Assembly: GCA_046563655.1 (NCBI GenBank)
Contig: CM102285.1
Span: forward strand, 12,834,001-12,898,000
Direction: 5' to 3'
Length of the DNA: 64,000 nt
Source of the DNA: Yuukianura sp. NJ FZ-2021
Taxonomy: Eukaryota
The notes beneath the pieces were generated by a model that was given only the letters and a program-made list of their open reading frames with translations, was not told the DNA's origin and searched no databases. Shown one piece after another: positions 49,001-62,423 of this stretch; the stretch's first letter is position 1; each line of letters begins with the position of its first letter. Made by a program: the position numbers and the translations under genes.

Positions 49001-52000
49001 CGCTGGTTTTATTTGACTTCAACAGAAGACTATGGTGTAGAAAGCTTAACAACGTGGATAAGCTGGGCATTTTTTGGAAAGTTGGAATGTGACCTCTCTG
49101 AAGACGAACACCAAGAGCTTGAAACGCTTGTGCGAAAAATTGTTCAAAAATGTCCAGAAATTGGAAATCCATCGCGAACAAATCCGAAGGAGTTCATGCG
49201 GCTTCATCTTGACGAAGTTGCTGTTCAACACAAGCCATTTGTGGCATACGCGGTAAGTTTAAGCCTAGAATTCAATTTTCAAAATTCTGAAAAAATTCGA
49301 AATTTCAATTTTGATAAATGTCGAAAATCCTTTTTAGGTCATTTCGGGCATGCAAGGTCTTGGATATATGTTTCTGTCATACCTTGGATTTGAACATCAC
49401 AAATTTTCTGGACAAGAGACAGCATTGTCTTACTGGACATACGACGGTACTTCAAAAACCGGCGGAAACCGAACTCAGCCGACAGATTCCGAATCGAATC
49501 GACCAATTTTCATCGTTCACGGAATCGGTATTGGGATTGCAATGTACTTCAAGTTGGTTCAAAGCGTCGTGAAGGCAAATCCAGACCGAAAAATTTTCCT
49601 TCTAGAACTTCCCCACATAAGTCTCAAAGTTCTCGACAGAATTCCAACGATTGAAGAAACGCTTGCAGCAGTTGACGAAATCTACGAACGTCATTCTATC
49701 CAAAATTGTTCTTACTTGGCACACTCTTATGGAACTATCGTCACAACATGGATTTTGAAAGAACGTCCAACGTTTGTATCCAAAATTACTTACGTAGATC
49801 CAGTTTGTTTTGCCCTCTGGGAACCAGACCTCATCTACAACTTTTTGTACCAAGCTCCACCAAGTCCAATTCATCGCCTTTGTCAATTCTTTCTTGCACA
49901 GGATCTCGTTGTAGCGTCGACTCTGTTTCGAAACTTCTCTTGGTTGGACAACATTTTATTTCCGGATGAAATTCCATGTCCTGCCAATGTATTCATCTCT
50001 AGTCATGACTTTATTATTGACCCACAAAGTAAATTTAGATACTTGGAACTACATAATAAACGGGTCGAAGGTCGACCGGACAAAGGTCAACCTGTGGGAG
50101 TCAAAGTCATGGAAGGACTGTCACATGGAAGCGTTCTCAGCTCGGCTGAACATATTGTACAAGTCATTAAGCATATTTAAATATAAGCACAGCGTTTTCT
50201 TTTAATAAATCTCTAACTTTTTGTGTTCCTTGAAATAAATCTTGCAATTTCACAGACTATGATCGCTTGAATAAAAAATTGGACTTTTGGAATAAAAAAT
50301 TTCAAGGCTTGAATGAAAAAAAAAGTGGACTTTTGGATTACAAATTTTCCATTCTCGAATTTTTTGTTGTTTTGCTTCCCTTTGAGGAAAGTGCTTGATT
50401 TTTTCCACTTTCTGAGTTGAAAGTTAAATTTTGAGAGAAACTGAAACGAAAAGAGCTAAAAGTTGGAAACTTTGAGAGTGTTTTGTTATATTTTTGACTG
50501 AAACTTGTTTTGATGCGTCCTGAGTGGTTTGTCTTTTAGTTTTGATGATTTGTAAATGTTTGAATTCGTTGTGAAGTGATCTGTGGTGGGTTTTGAGATG
50601 ATTGGGATAATGGGAATTGGGGAGGAAGTGTTTGGTGGGTCTGGATTCGGTGGGGCCTCACTTGACTTGACATGACCGGATGCTTTTTCCCCCTTTATTC
50701 TTTTTCCCTCGTAATTACATTTGTCGAAGCCTAATGGACTCTCGCCTTGAACAAATAGACTTTACTTCCAAACCACCAATTCGGGACTTTCCTTTACTAC
50801 CAAAGTGGACCAAATTGATTCTGTTCCTACTGGAAAGCTCCATCCATCGACCCCCTGTCATCCCATCCTCCTCCATTAAAAGCTGTTCCTTTTCATCAAA
50901 ATGGAAGAAAAACAAAAGAAAAATAACCACTCAAAACACTCTGGTTTAGCGCTTGCAACTTCAAAATGTTAAAAGAAAATCAGGCAAAATTTGAAATAAA
51001 AATTCTAAAATGACGTCAAATTGAAGAAATTCCAGAATCTGCCCTCCAAAATTTCCAAATTTTGAAAATCCCAAACCAAATTACTCATTACTTTCTCTTA
51101 GCGGCATTTCATTTTTTCCATTTTAAATTTCGGAGTGTCACTTTGGGTAATTCTGGAGGGTAATCGTGTGTTTTCAGAACTATAAAAAGTTGAAAGTGGT
51201 AATTTTTTGAAATTTTGTTTTTATTTTACGTGTGATGGAGTGTTTTTGTGTTTTTTGGAGGGCAGTGCATTGGTAAACTGACACTTTTTAATAAGCAGAC
51301 TTTGAAAGATATGCAGTGTTAGGTTGGATACGTCCTACCTCTGGTTCACAGTCGTATCAAGTGCTATCGTCAGTTTCAGTTTTCAAAACTATGGCGGCTG
51401 TGTGGTAGGTGATTCGATCGATCCGTCAAGTATTTCCAAAAACTCAAATGAAACTTCTCACTTTCCACTTCTGCTCAAATTCATGCCGACAACAACCTGT
51501 TTCAATGAGCACATTCTAAAAATGGAAAAAACGAACTACGTTTTCTAAAGAAAAAAAAGCATGTTTCTGTTTTTGGAATTTTGTTGGTTTCAAAAGTTTG
51601 ATCAGCGATCTCCCATGCAGAAGAAGTTATGTTGAAACACGCAAAATTTGGAGAAATGATTCACCTAATTTTATATTTTCATGTCATGTGACATATCCTT
51701 TGATCTTTGTCTCTTGTACGACTTATGAAGATGCTAAAGACAAGATGATGCTGATGCTCTCGTTTCTCACACCGTTTTTATCATGTCATCGTTTTTTCAT
51801 GTTTTTATTCTTGTTTTTTTCTTTGTCTTTTGAGATCTTGTGACAAGGCCACAGAGCCAGACATCCTCCTTGTCATTTCCACTTGGACCAGGATTGAATA
51901 AAGACCTAAAGTTACAACATTTTGTGGTTTCCGTCAAGTCCAGAGTTGGTGGGCGTAGAGAGAGGTCAAAGTTCGTGTGATTTTATGGACCGATGGAATT

Positions 52001-55000
52001 TTGAAGTGAACAACAGAAGGGTGTGTGTGAGTCTTTGACATCTTTCTGGGTCTGTGAACGAAACGACGCATCGCATCTCCGCTTCTACCCGACTCACTCC
52101 AGACCCCTTTGTTCAAGGGCTGTTCACAGCATCTCCACTACGAACAAAATATCAATCTCATCTTCCACCACCACTGTAAACAGTAGGCTTCTTCGTGTGA
52201 ACTGGGACACAAGGCCTCTTGTTTCAAAATTTTTAAAAGTTGAAAAAATTCAAGGACTAAATTACACCGAACTCGAAAAAATTTGGGCCACCACATATTG
52301 ATTCAAATCACGAAAGTGAAAGCAAACTTTCACTTCTGAAACTTCTTCTTCGACAGCTTCTTAATTTAAAAAGTTTAAAATACAGTTCAGTGTTTCTCAA
52401 AAAGTTGACACTAAGAATGTGAAAGTTTTTTGAAAAATTTTGGGAAGTTCAACCAAGAATTTTACCATTCTTCATGAAATATGTAAGTTTTTGCACCCAA
52501 GAGTTTGAAAGCCTTTTAAGAATACTTCAAAAAATGAATTAGAATATGTGTGCAGATGATCAGATATTCTTTTGTCATTAGTTCGTTTTTAAAAGTAGGA
52601 GCAATATCTTTGCATTTTGAAAACTTAAAAACTTTAAAAAGGAAGTAATTGAAAAAAATTCAGTTTTTAATATGCAATTCACAAGATTTTGAGAAAATCT
52701 TGAACTTTTAAAGTTTGTAAACACAAAATGTTTTGCTGACGCCAGTTTTTTTTTAGTTTCTCAGAATGCTTTCTCAAGAAGTCAACTGTTTGACCCATTT
52801 ATAAAATTTAACGCTTTCTGTTTTCAACTTTTAGTTTTGAATGAATTGAAACTTGCTTGGCCACGCTACTTTAGAAGATAAAATTTTGAAGTTAAAGCGG
52901 TACCTTGGAATTAGTGTGAAATTTAAGTGTTGAAAGCAGCGATTAGAATCTTAGAGCGCCAGACTTTCCAAATCCTGCACTGTCAAAGCTATGTCCGTTT
53001 TCTCAGAAGTGTCATTGTTCCTCTTCCAGCCCCAAAGTAATTAACACTTAGGATAATACTCAAAGTGTCAATTTGATAATCACGCCACAATTCATAACAT
53101 GAATGTCCATTTCTTAAGTAAAAGGCTGCTGGCTATGCATTGTCCTGTTCTGTGACGTGACTAACTCACAATTGTTTGTCTAGAACACGATGCTCTACAT
53201 TTTGACACTTTTGATTAGTCTGGACTTGGACAAGAAAGTAGTCTGTAGGAGAGAGAAGCATTTTTTCAATAACTTTTTTTTCAGAGTTGTTGGTGTCAGA
53301 TTTAGAACTTTAATTGCAACTGCATTGCAGACTACTGCAGTTGTGTTAGACTTATGACTCATCGCGACTGCTTAAGTTCAAATCAATCGGCAAATCAACT
53401 TTCTAGTGACCTAGTTCTTCCCGACGCAGACAGTTTTGATGCGTCTGCTGATGTTGCAGTGATTGAGCAATTGTGAGAAGTAGTAATTTTGAAAATTTGA
53501 GGCCGAGTATAATATAGTGAGAGCAGAATTTCAATTGTCCTAATTTTGGATAAAAAAAAGTAGTGAAAATTTTGAAAATGTTTTTTGGAGATTGCATCAA
53601 TGACGAAGAAAGCACAAACTCTACCATCTCCAGCTTAGTAGCTGAAGTGAAAGTCAAATTGGAATTTGAGGAAAGTTCTGTGTTTGATTTAGATTTTTCT
53701 TTTTGTGAACAATCACAGGTCAAACGCTTTCGTCCTGACTCACATCTTAGCAATAGTGGAGCCCATGACTGCCCTGAACCTTTGTAAGTAACTTTTTATG
53801 AATTTTCGAAACAATTTTTTCAAATTTTGTAATCTAACGTCCATAAAGTCAAACAAAAAATTTGTGCGAGCAACACAATCCTAAATGTGATTCTCTTAGC
53901 TCAGCATAAGCCATACTCCATACTTCAGCTCGTTGAAAGAAAGTTTCAGCAAAAAGAAAATAGAATTTTTCATGTTTTTTTCGCTTTCGAGTTTGCAATT
54001 TCATTATGCTGCTAAAAGCGGGCAATTCAATGTTATCATTTGGATATTTTGCAACTGTCTGCTCGTGTTTAGTTAAAAGTTTAATGCTCTCCGTTCCCAG
54101 GCCCTGAGAGTAATTTCTACTAAACAGAGACATAACATAACAATTCCGTTTTAGAGTAGGGTGTCAAAGGTCAATGTTTTCTTTTTCCAGTTGACTACCA
54201 AAGTGTCAACTTCCCAAAGTCTTCAGTTGTCATCAATCCATAATGTTATGAGCTAAGTTCATAACACTATGGTTACAGAGTCATTAAATGCAACTTTGGA
54301 ATTGGTGGGGCCTGGAAATGGTTTTCAGGTGGCAGTTGGTGGGGCTGAAGCAGAAGAGGGGTTAAGTGCCTCTTGTGTTATTAATAACCATTATTCCAAT
54401 TGCCCAAAACCCATGACACAATGTCAACAGAACTCCAAGTTGGACCACTTTTTGTTCTTTTTCAGAACACTTCCAACATAGTTTGTGTAGAAATGGATGT
54501 AAAGTTCTTTAGAGCTTTTTAAAAAGACGAAGTGGGCAAAGGAGCTCTCTTTGTTGTCACTTTTTCTTGGGATCCATATGGACTCCATATGGGCTTCCTC
54601 TGGATCCTACTGATTCTTAAGTCTTAAGAGTTCAGATGCTGTTTTCATCGCTTCAAAGAAAGGTTTTTGGCCCCAGAAGTACAAACAAGAAAAGTAGTTG
54701 GAGAGATTGACCTCACATGAAATGTCTCCCAGTTAGAATCTTAAAAGTTCCCTCCTGCCTTAAAATGTTCAAGTCACCATCATCGTAAGTCCCCACTTCT
54801 GGAAGTTCTAGGAACAGAGGCAAGGGTTCAGGGGGGCCCTTGGACATGTCGTCGGAGACACTCTTCAGTGCATGCAAGGGACAACCACTGCCCGAGTCAC
54901 TTTTAGAGTCCACATGTGGCAATGATTCAGCCAAGAGTCCAACCCCTAAGCTTTTTGTTCCAAACCTGGCGTTTGAGCTGGAGTTTTTTTCACAATGTAA

Positions 55001-58000
55001 ACAGAATGAGCAAGAAAAATGTCTTTCTGAGCTAAAAATTGGAAATTTTAGGTTTTGAACACAATTTTTAAGGCAAATCTTTCATAAAATCATAAAACTT
55101 AATCTTTTTTTTAGTTTTTGAAATAATTTTCAAAATTTTGAATTGCAGAGTGAATGTGGGTGAGCCGGTGAGTCCTCCTGGGTCAACTCTGAGTTCCCCT
55201 GCAGAGACTGATGTTAGTCCGCACTGGAGTCACTCGAGCAACATGGGACTCAGCTCAGAAATTCCTAGCACAAACGGTACGGAAGTCAGAAAGTGAAATT
55301 TTGGTGGTTATTTTCAAAATTTCATAAAATTGAATTCAAAATTTTGGTTTTAAGGTGATTTGAGTGTAAAAGATGAGGTGAAGCCCTCATCTTCTTCTGA
55401 AAATCACCACGGGGAGTCTCCTTTCTCCAATTCAGATTCCGTGGGATCATTTTCTGACAAACCATCGGAATTCACTGCAGCCGCTTACCAGCAGCTCTAC
55501 CAAAGGTAAACTACTAAAACTTTAAAAGTTATACATTCAAAGCAAATTAAAATAATATTACTACATTAAATGTAACAACTTTGTCAAGAAATTCGTTCTA
55601 AGTGCATCATTTATGATAACAAATGACAAATGGCTTAGTGTTTACTTAACTTCCGTAATCTGATTCCAGAAATCGATTTTTAGAAAACTAATGTCTAAAG
55701 TCCAGGAAGATCCTACATGTGAGGAAGCAAATATGGAGGATTATTAGCATTATGAAATTTAAGACTCGTCAAATTAAATTATATAACACGAAAACGCTGA
55801 AATTTGTTTAAAAAAATTAACTTACAAGTGTGTTTTTTTTTTCAAAATGCGAACAGTTTTCAAAGCTTTTACGCACGCGACATTCTTCGGCGTTTCAGTA
55901 ATTAAATCTGCTTCTCCCGGTATAGAATTTCACAAGGTCAAAGAAAACGTATCCGAATTCAGAACTTTCTCGCAGGTTGAACAAACTACCGTCTCAAATT
56001 AAATCCAAAGGTCACACACATAACATTCCATTTCATATTGTTCATTCACGTTTTGCAATATTAACAACAATTTCTCAAATTCAATATTTTTTGGTCAATT
56101 TTGAACTAAAGTTGTCAAAAATTCTGTTCATTTCAAAAAGATGAATGAGTAGCTTGTCCAAACTGAGTCAATTCTTTGAGATTTTTAAGATTAGTTCAAG
56201 AAGCTTAACATCTTAGCAACTCCGTCGGGAACCTTCCTTTTCTTTTGACATTTTGTTCTGAACAAACACACAGCACCCATGTCATGTCAGTTTTAGAGTT
56301 TTCAAAATCTGCATCACCCATCTCTCTCCTTGAAAAATTGAAAAACTCCCATCTCCCATAAGAAATTCAACAAAAATCTTTTTTGAATACCAAAATTTTG
56401 AAAAAGGTAGAGGGATTTTGGGATGCTCCAGAAAAGACTGTGAGGGGATGCAGCATCCCTCAAAAAATGAATAGAGCGTAAAAGACTCTCAAAAATTGTA
56501 TGGTAACAACGCATGTAATTTGATCGGATCCAATGGATAATGGACTTTTGTAGTTTTTCAGAAAAAAAGAAAGGGAGCGATGGCAGGGACACGTTATTAT
56601 TATTAGGGCCCTTGGAAAAGGTAATACACTTCAAAAAAGAGAGGGACTTTCTCTGGGCCCTTCAGTTTTTCCAAAAAGCCCCTTCATGATACAGACAGAC
56701 AGTTATTGCCATGGAAATCCTGTCTTCATTCACACGTCATCTGAAGGGCCCCCTTGTACTGAGGGCCTGATTCAAAATAGTGCTGCTGGTAGTTAGAGAA
56801 CCGCGGACTTTAAAGTTTTTGAAATTTTGAAAGTGATTTATGATGACATGAAGCTCTGTTAGTTTGAGGCGGACGCTGGAAATGAAGCGATAACCTTCCA
56901 GTAGATAGGCAGTGCGGGAAATGATCTTTCGAAAAAGACCGCCGTGGAATAATAAATGATCAGTTTATGAATGAAGAAGTGTATAACAAAGGGCCCACCC
57001 TCCCTTAGCTTAGGGTAGGCTGTGAGCCCTTGATGAGCCTCCAATTTATATTTATGAACTCCCTGCACCCTCCCTACCTCTCTTTCATTTTTTTTTTTGA
57101 ATTTCGAGATCACGAAATTTTGAAAAGTTCAGATGATCTGATTGATTGGAGATTGTGTGTGAGAAGTGGTGAAAGTCGTATGATAAGAATCCAGAACACA
57201 ACTTCCCCAAACTGTGCCATTTCAAAACTGACTTTCACTTACGGATCAAGTCAAATTCTCTAAAAAATTTGAACGACGTGAAATCACTGCTAGAGTCAAA
57301 ATTGAGTAAGTTTTGAAATTTTTAAAAGCTAAAATTTTCTAAATTTGATTTTCAGTGGAATGGGTGGGTACAATGGTGGTTCGTACCTTCAGAGTTCGTC
57401 GTTCTACAACGGGGGTCAAGCGTACCATGCCAGTAGCGCTGCAGCCGCCGCCGCTGCTCTTTCACAGTCATACCCCGGTGAGTAGCCCTTTTATTTTTAT
57501 GTCAACACTCCTGACCTCCCGTCGACAGGCCCTTCAAGGGCCCTCTTTCGCTTTACAACAATGGACCAGGAGGGCTTTTCATTCTGTTTTTACAACAATC
57601 GAGTCCCAGGCTCAACCAAAGCAAAATGGAAGGATTTAGAACTAAGCATCAAAATTCATCTTCCTCCTAAAAACCTATCCAGAATCAAAAAAGCTTTAAA
57701 ACTTCAATTGGCTTCTAACAAAATTGTTGAAATTCTTAAAATTCGTCTTAGGTGGAAGAGGTCAGTGCAAAGGCGGGTCGAATCCCTCCTACTTGTACGG
57801 TGGCTCTCCCTTCCCGAATGCTAGTTCCGGTGGGTCCTACCACGGAAGTGGTGGATCCAGCTACTCCAATTACCACCACCAAATCCCACCGACCTACCAC
57901 CACCATCCACCCGACTACGGTTCATATGCCTCCACGTTTCAGTCAGCCTCCACTGCCTCTGCGGCTCCAGCCTCCGTCTACTACGGACATCCAGGAACCA

Positions 58001-61000
58001 CTGCTACGCCCTCCTACTACTACAACGGCTCCTCCCCCACCTCGGTCTCCGCTTCAGCAGCCGCTGTAGCTCCATATCCCATCACTACCAACACAACCAT
58101 TCCAGGTTACCAAAAAATAACATGTAAAGTTAGTACAAAGTTATAAGAAAAACATAAAGTTTGAAAAAAAAGTTGGGCTTTGAATTCCTGAAAAGCGGGC
58201 TTTCACCTGCCACTTTCTCCTGTCATGATTTTTTGTAAAGTTTGGCCTGAGGCGTTCTCTTTTTCAATTTTGGAATTTTAATAAGATGCTTTTTTTCAAT
58301 TTGTGTTTTTAGACAACGTAGGATTCCTTCCGGGCGAACCGAGCTCTCCTTCTCCAACCATTAGAGAAACCAAACCCAAACGAGGTATGGGAAAACTTTC
58401 TCTCTTTTCTTCTCCAGGGGGAAAATCCAATTAAATTTCGGTTTTTTGTTTGAAACTTTTTTTTTGAAAACTCTCCCGGTTTCTTTTGTGTGTTGGTTTA
58501 GCGAGAAGCGGCGGACGAGGACGAAGGCCCAATCCATCTCCAGATCCTGAACATAATTTGGAAAGAGTGTTTGTGTGGGATTTGGATGAAACTATTATTC
58601 TGTTCCATAGTTTACTTAATGGAGCCTACGGGGAAATGTTTGACAAAGTAAATCCGCTATTCAAAATTTAGCATGTCCAAAATGTGTCTAAACTTCAAAA
58701 TTCAGAACTTTCACTTTTACTTTCTCTTTGATTTAGTCTCTCCAGGACATCGAGCTAGGAATCCAACTGGCAAACTCTCTTGAGCAATTTATTTATCAGT
58801 TGGCAGAGCGTCATTTTTTCTTCAATGATCTCGAGGTAACTTTTTTTTATGAAATCCCATCAAAAATTGTATATTGTATAATAATTCATTTCATATAATA
58901 ATCTGTGAAACTACGGTTCGCCTTTGGCATACCGTGCTTCAGCCCCAACTTTCAATGCACACTCTATCCACAAAAAACGAAAGCTTTTGAGGAATTCTTC
59001 CCTTTTCTCACAAAAATTCAGTTACCAACACAAGGATGGAGCATGGAAATACTTTAATTATATTTAAATTCAACAATAACAGTTAATTAATTAAACTTAA
59101 AATTGAAATTAAACACAAATTTTGAGTTAAATATCGAAATTTGAATGTTCCCGTAACATAAAACTTATGAAACTTATAATACCTGTACAGTTTGTATAAT
59201 TCTAAATCCCTCATTTCCCGAATTTTTTTCATTGACGTTTGCAATAACGCTGCTTGGATTTTTTTGTGTTTCAAATTAACAGTTCAAAGTACCAGAAGTT
59301 TAAAAAATCCTTCATTACGCTAACAGTATTCAATTAACACTAAAACTAAAACTAATAAATATAGAATAATTTTAATTTTATGTATTATTATATTCATTAT
59401 ATATTTCTTCAATGATGCAAGTTTGTTGTTGTTTTTAGGACTGCGATCAAGTTCACATAGATGACGCATCTTCAGATGACAATGGTCAAGATCTAAGGTG
59501 AGGAAAATCGTTTGAAACTAAACCAAAAATGAAAGTAAGAATTTCAAAATTTTCAATTTTTGCTACTTTTTATTTAGTACGTACGATTTCCTGACGGACA
59601 GTTTCAAGTCAACTACTGCCGGTGGAATGGCTCTCAACGGAGGTCCAGTTCGTGGTGGGGTTGATTGGATGCGGAAGTTGGCATTTCGATATAGAAAAAT
59701 CAAAGAGGTTTACACACTGTATCGACATGATGTTAGAGGTAATACTTTACAAAAATATATTGCTTATTCAATGTAATTGCACTTAAACTGCTTCATTATC
59801 CAATTGAATTTTGGCTTTTAAAAACTTCCTGAACCATTTAAAGTCTTTTTGCGTGATCAAATTTCTAATGGGATAATTCCTATTTCATCTCTTGGCTTCA
59901 TGCATGATTCTTATTGTTACACTTCCGACTCCTTTTAAGTAACAACTACTACGGAAATCACCACTTGTCCAAATTGTTCAATTTTCGTGTCCATTGTGCA
60001 CAAGTCCATGACTGACCTGTCGACACACTGCAATGTGGGCCATATTTGGACTTTGACAGAACAATTAATCGTGGGCAAGTGTGACTGACTCTGACGAATT
60101 CAATGTCATTTTAATCAAAGTTCGTCGATTCAACCATTTAGAATCGGAAATTCGTCAATTCACAATGAGAATTGCATTTTCAATGTCAGAATTCCAAAAT
60201 CCGGGTTTCGTTAAACTTCACAATCCTGAATGCATCAATTGAACTGTGAAAAAAATAAAAAAAAATTGACAATTTCATAATTTCAAATTAAAATTATGAC
60301 AATGAGTAAAATTTCAAAATTTTCTAAATGAACTTCATAGGGCCAACTTCAAAGAATGCTTCGTTCAAACTAGAGTTGAGTTAGAAAACTATTAAAGCAT
60401 TAGTTTCATAAAGTTCAGACGCTGTTTGACACGTTGGCTTTTTTTTTCTTCATTTTTTAAAATTTCAGATTTGTGAAAATTTAATTCCAATTTTATTTTC
60501 AATTTGCAATTTTTCCTTATGAATTTTGGATTTTGGCGTCCCATGCCACGAGAACAAATTTTGCTAAAACTAATTGAGTTTTCACCAATTAATTAATAAT
60601 TTCCATTGTGTAATTATACTTTCTAGCGTAGAACTTCCCTGTAAATTCTCACACTACGGTACTATAAGTGTGAAGTTGTAGCTAATTAGTCAAGGAAAGG
60701 TGAGATATTCCAAAAACTACGCTTATTCCCACCAAAACGTATTATGTTTTGTATGTAATACGAGTACTAAGGAAAGATCATTGTTTTTCCAAATTCATTT
60801 GCGGAAATGTTCTTAATGGTACGATATGCTTCACCAACTTTGTCCTTATGTTCAGCAATAAAATTTTTCACAGAGTTTATAATTACACTGAACAAAAAAC
60901 GCTAACAGCTTCCTCATTTTTCCTCAAAAGCTTGTGAAAAAATTACGCTTTTTATATAAAAATTCAGTTTTACATAATCCTATTCTTTTACATTTAGGTT

Positions 61001-62423
61001 TGATGAGTCCTGTACAAAGAGAATCGTGGTTATCCCTGCGACGAGAAATTGAGAATATGACAGACAATTGGTTGACATCAATGATCAGATGCCTGTCACT
61101 TGTCAATTCCAGGTGAGATCATAACGCTTTTCCTGTTTCGATTAACAAAAAATTGCAATTACTTGTAGCACTCTAAACGTGTGACATGATCCGATTAATC
61201 ATATTTTCGATCCTGTTTTGCCAGGATATAGGCGGAATAACGTAGGTTATGTCTTGTTGCCTACAGAGGTGTGAATATTGGCACTTTAGCATAAGTTTTT
61301 ACATAAGGGTTGCTCTACTTCCTGAATGGAATTGTTATACATAAGTTACTGCTTTTCACACTCTGAGCATAATGGTACTACTTGAGGAGTTGCTTTTGTA
61401 GCACTACTGCTAAGGTGTGTGTGGGAACAAAGTGAAATTGAAATGGGAGGCTGCCAGTGCTTGATCTAATAAAAGGAGAAACTTTATTTTTTACTTGCAA
61501 AAATCCACGCAATCATTCCCATTACCAGTCTGCAAGATCGCTCACTTCCTCAAAACAACAATAGGAAATGACACTTTTCCAACAAAATTTAGTCTGCGCA
61601 TGCCAATTCTCTGAAATCATTACCCATAATTCCCCAAATGTTAGGTTAGGTTATGGTTCTAGTCTGAGTCATAAGGTCAGAGGTCAAGTAAAAGTAAAAC
61701 TATTGTAGAGGTCAAAGGTCAAGTAAAATTTTGATTTCAATTTCAGGCCGAATTGTGTCAACGTCCTTGTGACACAGACGCAACTTGTTCCAGCCCTTGC
61801 CAAGTTACTGCTCCATGAGCTAGGTCCAATGTTCCCTATTGAAAATGTATACTCTGCTACTAAAACTGGTAAAAAAATTTCACAATTTCCAAAAATTCTT
61901 AGAAAAAAAAACAAAATTTCCAAATTTTTGAATTTTTGAAATTAGGTAAGGAAAACTGCTTCGAAAGAATCGTAACTCGCTTTGGTCGTCGCTGCACTTA
62001 TGTCGTGATTGGCGACGGGGAAGATGAAGACAGAGCAGCCAAACAGGTTACTACCTTAACAATTACACTAATTGAATAGTTAATTGTAAATTCAACTAAT
62101 TGTAACGACAATGGGTCACTCCCAACTCTCACTTGCCTGAAAGGTCAAAGGTCAAACGTTAACTTGAGATTTGCAGCGCTTAACTTCTATGCAATAATAA
62201 TAATAACAACGACTCAGACTTTTTTTTGAACTGAACAGCTCAAATTTTCGTTTCTTTGGGTATTAATTTGGAAGCTTAGCTTTCAATTACGAATTACAAT
62301 AAGTTAATTACAACTTATTTTAACTGTGATTTAATTATCTAGATGAACTTTCCATTCTGGAGAATCGGATGTCACAAGGACATACTCTCACTTTACAACG
62401 TAATGGAGATGGGCTACCTCTGA
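40010..62423 (+). CDS. eya: Eyes absent (EYA) transcriptional co-activator / HAD phosphatase
   Basis: Phase-consistent exons: 40010-40060 ([17 protein letters not shown], less certain), 53719-53783 (VKRFRPD), 55149-55276, 55355-55505, 57356-57477, 57752-58105, 58313-58384, 58502-58647 ([13 protein letters not shown]), 58746-58835 (HFFFNDLE), 59439-59497 ([18 protein letters not shown]), 59578-59738 ([14 protein letters not shown]), 60998-61112, 61747-61868, 61946-62046 (YVVIGDG), 62343-62423 ([12 protein letters not shown]). Confidence 0.95.
43367..44622 (-). CDS. SAM-dependent methyltransferase, juvenile hormone acid O-methyltransferase (JHAMT)-like
   Basis: Five coding exons in phase: MNTVA | [56 protein letters not shown] | [16 protein letters not shown] | ..FKNAGF.. 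| [17 protein letters not shown]. Confidence 0.8.
48623..50180 (+). CDS. Membrane-anchored alpha/beta-hydrolase fold protein of a family typical of fungi/protists
   Basis: Exons 48623-49252 and 49338-50180 in frame. N-terminal TM segments; [26 protein letters not shown] (oxyanion), AHSYGT (nucleophile), [33 protein letters not shown] near 50204. Confidence 0.85.
53400..53750 (+). repeat. Second copy of the 36290-36650 repeat; contains the eya exon 2 acceptor
   Basis: Direct homology by eye to the reverse complement of 36290-36650. Confidence 0.85.

Noticed and set aside
54840..55058. 72-aa ORF upstream of eya exon 3
   Set aside because: TTG start and no clear splice sites; the eya frame is already complete without it.
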